Source: a phage. From it: a stretch of DNA of 64,000 bases. The notes under the pieces were generated by a model that was given only the letters and a program-made list of their open reading frames with translations, did not search any database and had not been told where the DNA came from. The stretch lies in sequence record PX915677.1. One strand, written 5' to 3'. The position numbers and the translations under genes were made by a program. Positions 8,582-18,207 of this stretch are shown one piece after another (within the stretch, counting starts at the first letter, position 1; the number at the start of each line of letters is the position of its first letter).

Positions 8582-11500
8582 ATGGCGCTGTATCCAATAA
8601 AGTCACTAGGTGCTGTAGGCGTTATCGCTGACCAAGCTCCGACAGACTTAGCTCCTAATGCTTTCACTAATGCTATAAATGCTCGATTTGTTGAGCAGAG
8701 AGTATTTAAGACGGGGGGCAATGCCCCTCTTTCTTATGTAGATGAAGATAAGGATTTAACCCCTCTGTCTTTCGTTTCTATGCCTTTCGATTATTATAGC
8801 GCAGGTAATAGCTTTCTTGTTGTAGGTACTAATAAGAAGTTATATAAACTGACAGATGAAAGCTTGACTGATATTAGCCGTAAGGTTGCTACAGTCACTA
8901 AGAAGGCTTCTGCCTCAATTAAGATTTATCCAGTTGTTTCTCAGATCGTTCCTAAAGAATCAACTATCTCAATGAACTTCAATCAGACCAAGAATCTAGA
9001 GGTTTCTCTTCTCCCTGCTGATGCTAACAATACCGATCTTATTTGGGAGGTTAGTAACTCATCCTATGGAAGTATTACGGTAGACCCTAGTGACTCTAAA
9101 CTTGCTACTCTAACATCTTTTGAGAAAGAGGGTAATCTTGTAGTAACTATCTCTACTGCCAATGAATCCGTAGTGGCTCAGATTGCTGTTAATATCATCG
9201 ATGGTGATTCAGGCATCTTCTTGAGTCAAGATACTGTTACAATTCGTAAAGGAGGGACTACTACTCTCACGGCTGTTACTGGTAAAACTCCTGTAACTTG
9301 GTCCAGCAATAATGCTTCTATTGTATCCGTAACCCCTAACGCCAACTCTTTAACTGCTGTCATCACAGCGAACGGAGAAGGTAATGTAACAATCACTGCT
9401 GATAACGGGACTAAGACTGCTTCTTGTGAGATTGTTTCTATCCCTCAGATTGATAGTATCTCTTTAAGCCAGTCAGATGTTACTGTGAGTAGAGGTTCTC
9501 AGTATATCTTAACTGCTACCCTTTCTCCTGCTAACGCCCCTAATCAAAATATTACTTGGACCTCTTCTAACCCAAATATTGCAACAGTATCAGGGACTAG
9601 CACACAAGGGACGATCAACGCTCTGCTTGCTGGTTTTACTGAGATTACAGCTACCACTGAAGAAGGTAACAGAGTTGCTGTCTGTACTGTACGTGTGGAT
9701 TTAGCTGGAAGGACAATGAGAACAAGTGCTATGGCATTTGCCGCTCCTGTGTCAGAGTCAGTAGAAACTCAAGAGGAAGAAGTAGTAACTCCTCCTGAAA
9801 GTGAAGAGACGGTTTATTTTGCTGAGCCTACATCCGGTATTGATACGTCAGGGATGTATGAAGGTAACAACTTCTATGACTACTCTAACGTGAATGATAT
9901 TGAAGGTTTTGCAAGAGCTTCTTTACTGGCAACCCCTTTGTCATCTGTAACCTTAGATATTGTCAGCGCTTCTCTTGATGTTGGTGAAGAGATTGTCATT
10001 ACAGCCACAGCTTCTCCAGAAGGTGAGTACTCTTATCAGTGGTCTGTTGATAAAACTGGTTATGTTTCTACAACTTCAGTTACTGGTAAATCTATCAAAC
10101 TGGTTGCTCTTCGTAAAGGAGAGATTAACGTAACATGTACTGTCAGTCAGATGACTCAGAAAGATTACGATGCTTTTGATGACTATCCTTGGTATCACGC
10201 TGTTATCTCTAACTGTGCAGTTGCTACAACTCACTATGAAACTCCTCAGGTAAAAGAATTCGAATCAGAATACTTTGTAGATCTTCCGGGATGGGGTGAG
10301 CAAACAGTTGTTGATAATGACGGAAACCCTTCAGTCAAGAAGTTTAACTGGAAATGTGAGAGAGTAAGATCTTTTAACAACCGTCTTTTTGCTCTGAATA
10401 TGAGAGAGGCTAATGCTTCTGGTGTTACCACTAACTACCCGCTTCGTCTTCGTTGGTCTAACTTTGCCAATGAGAACAAGGCTCCTACACTGTGGGATGA
10501 CTTTGCCTATGATCGAGTTGTGTCTTCGGACTTAGCTTCTAACATCGTAGGGCAGACTCAGGCTCTAGAGAATGGGTATGCTGGTTACATTGACTTAGCA
10601 GATTCTAATGGTAGCTTGATTGATATCCTACCTCTTAAGGATTACTTGTTCGTTTATACAGAGTTTGAAACGTATATTGGTTCTCCGACTAATAACACGT
10701 ACCAACCTCTAATGTTCAAGAAGCTCTTTAACGACTCTGGTATCCTTGCTCCCGAGTGTGTGGTTGAAGTAGAAGGTAGTCACTTCGTAGTTACTCAGAA
10801 CGATGTAATCTTACACAACGGTGCAACTAAGAAGTCAATTGCATCTAACCGTGTCAAGAACATGCTGATTAACGAGGTGTGTCTGGTTAATCCTTTAGCA
10901 ACTCGAGTACACTTGCATCAGGATAAGAAAGAAGTTTGGGTTCTCTATGTAGGACCGGGGGAGCCAAAAGAAAGCTTCGCTTGTACTAAAGCTGCTGTAT
11001 GGAATTACGAGTTTGATACTTGGTCTTTCCGTACTATCCCATATGCTCAGTGTATTGGTCTGGTTGATCCTCCTGTTTTAGAAAGAGGTCCAATCTGGTC
11101 TGACTTCCAAGAAATCACTTGGGATGACCCATCTATTAAAGAACTCGTTTGGAGAAAGGATGCAACAAACTTTAGACAGAGGGTTACGATAGTAGGTTCA
11201 TTCTTGAAGGGATTCTATCAGGTGGATGTAGGCGCTCTTGATTATTTCTATGACAGGCTAAATGATGTTGTTATAGAGAAGCCTCTGGAAATGAGGTTGG
11301 AGAGGACTGGTATAGATTTTGATAATGTGACGAATGAGTGGAATCAGAAGCATATTAATAGATTCCGACCTCAGACAACTGGTTCAGGTACTTACATATT
11401 TGAAGCTGGTGGTAGTCAATTCTCAAATGAATATGGACACCCACACACATCTAAGACATATACGATCGGTGTTGACAGGCATGTCTCGGTGAGACTGAAC

Positions 11501-11599
11501 CATCCATACCTTTTCTATAATGTTATAGATAATGATGTTAACAGTAATGCTGCTATCAATGGTTTAACGATAGAGTTTGCTGTTGGCGGGCGGAGATAA
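8582..11599 (+). CDS. large tail fiber/spike-like protein with multiple Ig-like (Big_2) repeats
   Basis: 1005 aa; at least four repeats of the pattern ...SxxxVtVxxGxtxxLTAtxxPxxAxNxxxxWxSSNxxxAtV...; SD aaggagg. Confidence 0.55.
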   Translation: MALYPIKSLGAVGVIADQAPTDLAPNAFTNAINARFVEQRVFKTGGNAPLSYVDEDKDLTPLSFVSMPFDYYSAGNSFLVVGTNKKLYKLTDESLTDISRKVATVTKKASASIKIYPVVSQIVPKESTISMNFNQTKNLEVSLLPADANNTDLIWEVSNSSYGSITVDPSDSKLATLTSFEKEGNLVVTISTANESVVAQIAVNIIDGDSGIFLSQDTVTIRKGGTTTLTAVTGKTPVTWSSNNASIVSVTPNANSLTAVITANGEGNVTITADNGTKTASCEIVSIPQIDSISLSQSDVTVSRGSQYILTATLSPANAPNQNITWTSSNPNIATVSGTSTQGTINALLAGFTEITATTEEGNRVAVCTVRVDLAGRTMRTSAMAFAAPVSESVETQEEEVVTPPESEETVYFAEPTSGIDTSGMYEGNNFYDYSNVNDIEGFARASLLATPLSSVTLDIVSASLDVGEEIVITATASPEGEYSYQWSVDKTGYVSTTSVTGKSIKLVALRKGEINVTCTVSQMTQKDYDAFDDYPWYHAVISNCAVATTHYETPQVKEFESEYFVDLPGWGEQTVVDNDGNPSVKKFNWKCERVRSFNNRLFALNMREANASGVTTNYPLRLRWSNFANENKAPTLWDDFAYDRVVSSDLASNIVGQTQALENGYAGYIDLADSNGSLIDILPLKDYLFVYTEFETYIGSPTNNTYQPLMFKKLFNDSGILAPECVVEVEGSHFVVTQNDVILHNGATKKSIASNRVKNMLINEVCLVNPLATRVHLHQDKKEVWVLYVGPGEPKESFACTKAAVWNYEFDTWSFRTIPYAQCIGLVDPPVLERGPIWSDFQEITWDDPSIKELVWRKDATNFRQRVTIVGSFLKGFYQVDVGALDYFYDRLNDVVIEKPLEMRLERTGIDFDNVTNEWNQKHINRFRPQTTGSGTYIFEAGGSQFSNEYGHPHTSKTYTIGVDRHVSVRLNHPYLFYNVIDNDVNSNAAINGLTIEFAVGGRR

Positions 11600-11605
11600 C
11601 AACAA

Positions 11606-11632
11606 GGGGCTTCGTGCCCCTTTTATTGTTTT
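11606..11632 (+). terminator. rho-independent terminator
   Basis: ggggc-ttcgt-gcccc stem followed by TTTTATTGTTTT. Confidence 0.7.
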
Positions 11633-11642
11633 GGAGGAACTT

Positions 11643-12611
11643 ATGGGTGCAGGTGGTTTTCGTAAGAACACTGGTCGCAACAACACCACACTCCCGTACA
11701 ACGTTGGGTTTCTCAATAATGTACAGGACACAGAAACATATAACGTAGCCGTATATGATGAGCTACAAAAAGTCAGTACAGCTACTAACCAAATGTTCCA
11801 AGCTATTGATGAGATTCACGATGAGATTGATGTTCGTATCAAAGCTCTCCATGCGATGAACTTACAATTTGATGAGCTTGAGAATAGAATTACTACAGAG
11901 ATAGAGACAGCTATTGCCGATATCCAAACACAGATGGGGAATCTCTCCACTGAAGATATTTGGGATAATTCTGTTCAACCTCCTGTGAAATTAGAAAGCA
12001 CTGTATCTGGTTTTAAAACAAGTATTGAAGGTAACACAACCAAGATTCAAACGGTAGAAGGTATTGTCAACGATCAAGGTCAAGAGATTGCTTTTGTTCA
12101 GACAGAGATTCAAAATATTAATGGAAGCCTATCTCAGTATATGAAGCTCTCTGAGTATGAAGCTACGTGGGGTGTTAACTCTACAGTCAACGGAAGATAT
12201 GCTGGGGTCAAGTTAACTAACAACGGAACAAACAGCCAATTCCAAGTAACAGCTAACAAATTTATTGTTGGTGATGGCAACTCTGGTAATACTCCCTTCG
12301 TGTTTGAAGGTGGGCGAGCTAGGATGGAATTCGCTGATATAAAGAACGTCAATATCACAACAGCTCAGATTGCTAACGCTAGAATCCAATGGGCACAGAT
12401 TGATAACGTATCCATCTCCAACGCCCAGATTCAGAACTTATCAGCGGATAAAATCACTGCTGGTTCTATGTGGGGTTCTAACTGGAGACTAACTGTTGGT
12501 GGTGACTTTGTTATGGGTGGTACAGGTGGGGCGCAGTTGTGGATGAATGGTAACAGAATCGACTTCTACGATGGAAGTGGTGCTCTGAGAATTAGAATAG
12601 GGAGTTGGTAA
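11643..12611 (+). CDS. virion structural protein (coiled-coil, fiber-like)
   Basis: ATG 11643 with GGAGG SD preferred over the listed 11577 start, which overlaps the terminator; coiled-coil N-half, NISNAQIQN-type repeats. Confidence 0.5.
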   Translation: MGAGGFRKNTGRNNTTLPYNVGFLNNVQDTETYNVAVYDELQKVSTATNQMFQAIDEIHDEIDVRIKALHAMNLQFDELENRITTEIETAIADIQTQMGNLSTEDIWDNSVQPPVKLESTVSGFKTSIEGNTTKIQTVEGIVNDQGQEIAFVQTEIQNINGSLSQYMKLSEYEATWGVNSTVNGRYAGVKLTNNGTNSQFQVTANKFIVGDGNSGNTPFVFEGGRARMEFADIKNVNITTAQIANARIQWAQIDNVSISNAQIQNLSADKITAGSMWGSNWRLTVGGDFVMGGTGGAQLWMNGNRIDFYDGSGALRIRIGSW

Positions 12612-12612
12612 T

Positions 12613-13632
12613 ATGGCATATGGAATATGGTGTCAACCTGTAGGTCCGGGGCCAGCTGCCCCTGCCCCTCTTTTTATTGACAGTAATCTAACATTTCCAC
12701 AATACCTAGGGGCATACAGCATATCCCCTTCGTGGAGTGCTAGAAACGCTTCATTTAATGTCGGCTCTTTTGATGGTCAAGGAGAGTTATTAATTGTCCC
12801 AACTAGTAGACTTATTCAAGACTATTACGTAGGGACGGATTTAATGCCTAGTTTTAGCTATGTAACAGGTATAGGGACTTCTGGACAAACAGTAAATATT
12901 AACATAGAGCCTGCTGGAGCTAGCGGTAATAACAATAGAAGCTTCCCAATGTCTTTCCAAGCATATAAACTATGGCCTAGAGGTAATAGAAGTTATGGAA
13001 TAACTTTCTCCAACTCAGCAGATTTCTTCTCTATCTCTGATAGTGGGGTTGTTGGTCAATGTGTTTGGGCGTACAGAGGGGCTGTAGGAGATGGTTTTAC
13101 TGTTCCTAATGCTGGTCCTAACGCTCTTGTGTTTGCTAATTGGAATCAGGGTGGGGTGTGTGCTTCTTACAATGCAAGCAATGGTCAAATGATCATAACC
13201 CACAACAGATCAAACCAGTCCGGAAGTAACAGGGGTGCAGTAATAAATGATATGAGGATCGCTGTTTTTGCCAGTGGAGTGGGTGTGCCAGAACATAATG
13301 GGGGTTTGAATATTTATTCTCCCGGAACTACTGCTTGCGTATTCTCTACTTACAGGACTCCTTTTGCTATTAGCAGGTTCTTCCCATCTAGTGGGGGTGA
13401 TACAGGTCTAGGTATTCCTATGATGTGTATGAACGTTACCAATGGAGCTATAACAGCGCAAGGGGGTGGGTGGATGTGGGTTCATGAAAGATCCCATACA
13501 ATGAGTGGTACATCGGTAGGAACAGGATTTGGACCACTTGTGGCTAACTGGACTGATCAATACCCAATCAATGTTAACATAAACCTAGGATTCAATTACC
13601 CAATGTTGGAAGGTTCTTTAATTTATGCATAA
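12613..13632 (+). CDS. virion structural protein
   Basis: 339-aa ORF, SD ggag, inside the structural operon. Confidence 0.4.
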   Translation: MAYGIWCQPVGPGPAAPAPLFIDSNLTFPQYLGAYSISPSWSARNASFNVGSFDGQGELLIVPTSRLIQDYYVGTDLMPSFSYVTGIGTSGQTVNINIEPAGASGNNNRSFPMSFQAYKLWPRGNRSYGITFSNSADFFSISDSGVVGQCVWAYRGAVGDGFTVPNAGPNALVFANWNQGGVCASYNASNGQMIITHNRSNQSGSNRGAVINDMRIAVFASGVGVPEHNGGLNIYSPGTTACVFSTYRTPFAISRFFPSSGGDTGLGIPMMCMNVTNGAITAQGGGWMWVHERSHTMSGTSVGTGFGPLVANWTDQYPINVNINLGFNYPMLEGSLIYA

Positions 13633-13641
13633 GGAGATATT

Positions 13642-14424
13642 ATGGCAATCAGAATGGGTATCGAAGAACTAGACCCAATGGTTCAACAGGCTTCAAAGAA
13701 GTATGGGATTCCTGCTGCTTTAATTCATGCTGTCATCCAAAGAGAGTCCAGTGGTCGTCCTACAGTGGCCTCTGGAACTGGTCCTGTAGGTTTAATGCAG
13801 ATCAGTAAAGGGTTGGCTAAAGATTACGGTTACAAACTAGAAGATAGACTTGACCCAGCAAAGAATATTGATATGGGCGCTCGTTACATAAGAGATAACT
13901 TAAAAGCTTTTAATGGTGATGTTAAGAAAGCAATGGTTGGTTATTCAGAAGGTATCGGTGGAGCTAAGCAAATGTTCGCTGGTAAAAAGGGGTTTACTCC
14001 ACAAGCTCTTGACTCCATGAACAATAAACACTTTCTTCCTTTCTATGGTGATGCAGCCTCTCAGATTGCTAACCCTGTTGGAGCTTTGCAAGCTGTTCAA
14101 CCAGTCAATCAGTTTAGTCCTGACTTGTTAGATAGAGAGAAGGCCGCACAAGCTCCAACTCAGGCAGAGATTGCTGCTTCTAAGACAGGTGCTTTAGGTG
14201 GAAATCCAGTAGAGTTTTACTCTGATGAAGTGCAGGAAGGCGAAAATCAGAAACCTCAACAGAACTTTGGTAATGCAGTATTAGGGGTAGCTGCTATGCT
14301 TGCTGGTAAACCTCCCACTTCTCAAACAGTTCAGAGGGCAAGTGCACCACATGCAGCAGGTTCTCAGTACAGTCCACAAACACAAGCAGTGCTCAGACGT
14401 CTGGCTAGCATTGGTGTAAAGTAA
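13642..14424 (+). CDS. virion-associated lytic transglycosylase (SLT domain protein)
   Basis: ...ALIHAVIQRESSGRPTVASGTGPVGLMQISKGLAKDYGY... matches the SLT catalytic core (E-S ... GLMQ); SD taaggag. Confidence 0.7.
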   Translation: MAIRMGIEELDPMVQQASKKYGIPAALIHAVIQRESSGRPTVASGTGPVGLMQISKGLAKDYGYKLEDRLDPAKNIDMGARYIRDNLKAFNGDVKKAMVGYSEGIGGAKQMFAGKKGFTPQALDSMNNKHFLPFYGDAASQIANPVGALQAVQPVNQFSPDLLDREKAAQAPTQAEIAASKTGALGGNPVEFYSDEVQEGENQKPQQNFGNAVLGVAAMLAGKPPTSQTVQRASAPHAAGSQYSPQTQAVLRRLASIGVK

Positions 14425-14443
14425 TAATCTTTAAGGAGGACTT

Positions 14444-15496
14444 ATGTCTTTATTTGGAAAATCAGCTTCTAGCAAAACCACAGTGGCCCCTTCCTCTCAG
14501 GTTGATGCCCTGCTGAAGCAGATTGTTGCTAATGCTCAGAATATGCAGAACAACGATCCGGGATTCATCTCCCAACAACTGGCTGGGTTTAATGGCAACC
14601 AACAGGGTGCTCTGAACAACTTAGCAGCTTCTACTACTCAGAAGAAACTAGCTGATATGTATACACCACGTACACAGCAAGGGTTGGACCAATTAAACTC
14701 TCTTGCACAGCAGTATCAGAATATTGTCAATGGTGGTGGTCTAACTGCTGATGGTGTTAATAACTTCAGTAAAGGACTAAACAGCTCAGCTCTTGCTCAA
14801 GCGACTAGTAAGGCAGCTTCCAATGTATCTCTCGGAAATGGTTCTGATTCAGGTTCTCTCCGTAGAGCTGCTGCTCAAGGTGCTGCTCTGAACAGTGCTA
14901 ATACAAACTTAGCTCGTACTATCAGTGGCAAGAATATGGGAATCAGTGCTCTTCAACAAGACCAAAACTTCCAGAGGGGGTTACTTGGTGCTCAGTCAGG
15001 ATTGGCTGGACAGAATCTCAATCTTGGTGCTCAAGGTGTTCAGGCAACTCAACAAGCTATCCAGAATCAACTCATGGCTGGTAATCTACAACAGCAACAA
15101 GCCCAAGCTCAAGCTGATATTAATTGGCAGAACGCTATTGGCTCTCAACAGTATGGGTGGAATCAGCTTAACAACCAACTTAATGTATTAAATAGTGTAA
15201 GCCCAATGGCTGGGTACACGATTAAGAATGCTGCTCCGGGGGTTAATACTGGACAACAGCTCCTAGGTGCTGGTATCACTGGATTAGGTATTGCAGGTCG
15301 TATGGGTGCTTTCTCTCCTAATCAACAGACTCAGAATGCTTGGAGTTCCTATAACAACTCAGGTGGGCAATCTGGAATGGCTGGTCCTATGATTGGTGGT
15401 TCTAATCTTTCTCAACAGAAAGGTCAGTCTAACTGGTTATCCACAGCAGGTAGTAATATCTTAGGTGGTGTCTTAGGGGCATTTGGAGCAAACTAA
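14444..15496 (+). CDS. Gln/Asn/Gly-rich internal virion (ejection) protein, paralog A
   Basis: 350 aa low-complexity Q/N-rich with C-terminal Gly-zipper hydrophobic segment; shares FNxNQxxALNNLA with 15509..16477. Confidence 0.4.
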   Translation: MSLFGKSASSKTTVAPSSQVDALLKQIVANAQNMQNNDPGFISQQLAGFNGNQQGALNNLAASTTQKKLADMYTPRTQQGLDQLNSLAQQYQNIVNGGGLTADGVNNFSKGLNSSALAQATSKAASNVSLGNGSDSGSLRRAAAQGAALNSANTNLARTISGKNMGISALQQDQNFQRGLLGAQSGLAGQNLNLGAQGVQATQQAIQNQLMAGNLQQQQAQAQADINWQNAIGSQQYGWNQLNNQLNVLNSVSPMAGYTIKNAAPGVNTGQQLLGAGITGLGIAGRMGAFSPNQQTQNAWSSYNNSGGQSGMAGPMIGGSNLSQQKGQSNWLSTAGSNILGGVLGAFGAN

Positions 15497-15508
15497 AGGA
15501 GATTTGAT

Positions 15509-16477
15509 ATGGGACTTTTCGGAGGCGGGGGTAGTAAAACTACTTCCCAAATGATTCGCCCTGAATACATTCAACAGTATATTGACCAGCTTAACCAACA
15601 GATTGGTAATACTAGTTCAGGGGATTATGTTTATCGTGACAGTGTAGGGTTTAATAACAATCAGACAGAGGCACTTAACAACCTAGCACAATCTGGCGCT
15701 CTAGGTACTCTCTCACAGCAGTATATGGATGCAGCAGGTCAAGGCTTGGGTTATCTAGATAATGCCTATAAAGGTTATCAGAGCCTCTCTGGACAAGGTG
15801 GGATTACTGGAGAGCAGATTGGTGCTCTCGCTGGTCAACTGTATGATGATGACGCTGTGCAAGCAGCCATTACAGCTAATAATGAACAGGTTCAACAGAA
15901 CTTGGCACGTAATGCTCTTCCTCAGTTGGCTCAACAGTTTGCCGGTCAACAAGGTTCAGGTGCTCGTATGGCTAAGTCTTTTGCCCAAGGTGATGCTCTG
16001 AATCAGATGCAAGGGCAAGCAACAGATATTACCAATAGTGCATATAACTCGGCTATCAGCCAAGCTGAAAGCATCCTCTCTGGTAATAGACAGAATCAGG
16101 CAGCTGCTCTCTCTGGTCTTTCTAATATTGGTTCTAACCTTTCTAACCTAGGTCAGCAGGGTGCTAATTTGTCTCAACAGCAAATAATGAATCAATGGAA
16201 TGCAGGGTTGCAGCAACAACAGCAACAACAGAATGAATATGATAATGCCTACCAGAATGCTCAGAACGCAGCTAATTGGGGATGGCAAGATATCAATAAC
16301 CAACTCGGTGCAGCAGGTGTACTTAACGGTGCTCTCGGACAAACTACAACTACTAAAACATCTGGTGGCAAAGGTGGTTTCCTTGGTGGAGCTATGAGTG
16401 GTGCAGCAGCTGGCTCTTCCTTTGGACCTTGGGGTGCATTAGCTGGGGGTGTAATCGGTGGGTTGGCTAGTACTTAA
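15509..16477 (+). CDS. Gln/Asn/Gly-rich internal virion (ejection) protein, paralog B
   Basis: 322 aa; same architecture as 14444..15496; C-terminal GGFLGGAMSGAAAGSSFGPWGALAGGVIGGLAST. Confidence 0.4.
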   Translation: MGLFGGGGSKTTSQMIRPEYIQQYIDQLNQQIGNTSSGDYVYRDSVGFNNNQTEALNNLAQSGALGTLSQQYMDAAGQGLGYLDNAYKGYQSLSGQGGITGEQIGALAGQLYDDDAVQAAITANNEQVQQNLARNALPQLAQQFAGQQGSGARMAKSFAQGDALNQMQGQATDITNSAYNSAISQAESILSGNRQNQAAALSGLSNIGSNLSNLGQQGANLSQQQIMNQWNAGLQQQQQQQNEYDNAYQNAQNAANWGWQDINNQLGAAGVLNGALGQTTTTKTSGGKGGFLGGAMSGAAAGSSFGPWGALAGGVIGGLAST

Positions 16478-16490
16478 TTAGGAGATAAAT

Positions 16491-18140
16491 ATGCAACAGA
16501 CAACTTACGCTCAGGTCAGAAGTCGTGACCCGAGAAATACTTTCTATGGTGTTAATCCGGGAGCGGCTTCGGCCTCTCCTTATATGGCTAGACCAACTCA
16601 GACAGCAGATATTTCTATGTATCAACGTCCTGCTATACCTGCTGGGCTTTCCTCTCTTGTAGGTCAAACTTCAGTAGATTATCAGAATATGTTGAATCCT
16701 GTTCAGAGTAATGGTCTTCCTTCTGATATCCCAAATGATGTACAACCTCAAGCACAACAGGCTGTAACTCTTCCTGAGTTTGAGAATCAAGAAACCATGC
16801 AAACTGCTGGACTTTCCCCTTCTTCTATTCCTCCAGAATCAGAACCTCTTCCGGTAACACCTCCTACTAAACCGTTAGAAGCTGGTCCTATGGAGTTTAC
16901 TCCTTCTCAGGTGGAACAGGCACAAGGTGTGATTAATACTCTTGCTCAAGGACAAGACGCTGGTGATGGAATGACTGCTGCTACTCGTGCTAAAGATCAG
17001 GAACGTGTTAACAACGATATCTTGCAAGTTGCGAAAGCTAAAGACCCTTCGGAAGCTTGGAACAAACTACAGAAAGAACCATTCTATCAGAACTCTAGTT
17101 TCTACACAGGTTTGATGGGTGTAGGTCTTTCCATTATGTCAGGTAAGTCTCCTATTGAAGCTTTCCAGATTGGTCAGGGAATGGCTAATCAAGATGAGAC
17201 TAAGAAGCAACTGGAAGCTAACCGTGATGCTCTGATTGAACAAGGCTTCTCTCAAGACTCGATCGCAGCTGCTATTGCTAACGGAGATCCATCTCTACTG
17301 AAGATGAGAGCTGTAGACCCTGCTCAGAAAGAAGCGCTGTATGCTGCTCGTGAAGAACGACAAAATGCTGAATGGGATAGACGTCAACAGATTCAAGAGC
17401 AAACTATGCGTGAGCGTGCTGATGAAACTCGTCGTGCCGCTGAAGAAAGGGCTAACATGAACTTTGAACGTCAGAAAGAGTTGATTGGTTATCGTGATAA
17501 GGTTAAGGCTGAACGTGCTGAACAAGCTGCTCAGAGTTTTAACTTTAACCCGAAAGAAGTTCGTCTTGCTCAGAATACAGCTGAAGGTACGGTTGCTAAG
17601 CAGTGGGCAGAGAAAGGTGGCCTGTTTAACCAGTCTAACAAAGACTTGGATTTGGCTGATAAGGCTGTTAAGGATAAAGACTATCAGACAGCTCGTTCTG
17701 CTTACATGCAGGCTATCATGAACTCCGCAAGGGCTGAAATCGGTGCTACTCGTTCTCTTACCGAAGAAGACTTGGGGCACTTTGCAGAAGACCCATCAAT
17801 CTTCGTTCGTGTTGGCAACAAGTTTGCACTGAAATCTGGATGGCGTCCTACTGATTCTGCTCTTGCTTATGCTCGTAAGCAAGCTAACGTTGGTCACACC
17901 TCTGCAATGAAAGGTGTTGCTGATGCTAAGAGAGCTACGATTGAAGCTTACATCGGTTCTGGTATGGATAAGAAGAGAGCTACTGCATTGGTTAACCGTG
18001 CAATCCCTTCTGGTGGTTTCTATGACCCTCTAGGTGTTTTCTCTGAACAAGCAGAAGAAGCAGTTGGTGGTGCAGCAACCAATCCTAAGCTTAATGGTGC
18101 TTTATCAGCTGTCGAAGACACTAGCTGGTTTACTCAATAA
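16491..18140 (+). CDS. internal virion protein (putative)
   Basis: 549-aa ORF with SD, Pro/Gln-rich N-part and charged coiled-coil centre; structural operon context. Confidence 0.4.
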   Translation: MQQTTYAQVRSRDPRNTFYGVNPGAASASPYMARPTQTADISMYQRPAIPAGLSSLVGQTSVDYQNMLNPVQSNGLPSDIPNDVQPQAQQAVTLPEFENQETMQTAGLSPSSIPPESEPLPVTPPTKPLEAGPMEFTPSQVEQAQGVINTLAQGQDAGDGMTAATRAKDQERVNNDILQVAKAKDPSEAWNKLQKEPFYQNSSFYTGLMGVGLSIMSGKSPIEAFQIGQGMANQDETKKQLEANRDALIEQGFSQDSIAAAIANGDPSLLKMRAVDPAQKEALYAAREERQNAEWDRRQQIQEQTMRERADETRRAAEERANMNFERQKELIGYRDKVKAERAEQAAQSFNFNPKEVRLAQNTAEGTVAKQWAEKGGLFNQSNKDLDLADKAVKDKDYQTARSAYMQAIMNSARAEIGATRSLTEEDLGHFAEDPSIFVRVGNKFALKSGWRPTDSALAYARKQANVGHTSAMKGVADAKRATIEAYIGSGMDKKRATALVNRAIPSGGFYDPLGVFSEQAEEAVGGAATNPKLNGALSAVEDTSWFTQ

Positions 18141-18160
18141 GACCTAAGTCCTGCCTTCTA

Positions 18161-18169
18161 TAATGTATA
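18161..18169 (+). promoter_or_regulatory. candidate phage-specific promoter element TAATGTATA
   Basis: ctaTAATGTATAtag 39 nt upstream of ATG 18208. Confidence 0.4.
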
Positions 18170-18207
18170 TAGGGGGTAGGACATTTTTATTTATAAAAGG
18201 AGACGTT

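Noticed and set aside
17295-17780. 161-aa minus-strand ORF inside the 549-aa structural gene (also 3734..4033, 5083..5451, 8150..8551, 21505..21807 and similar)
   Set aside because: Antisense ORFs embedded in long genes with good coding features; low-complexity Ser/Leu-rich translations typical of spurious frames
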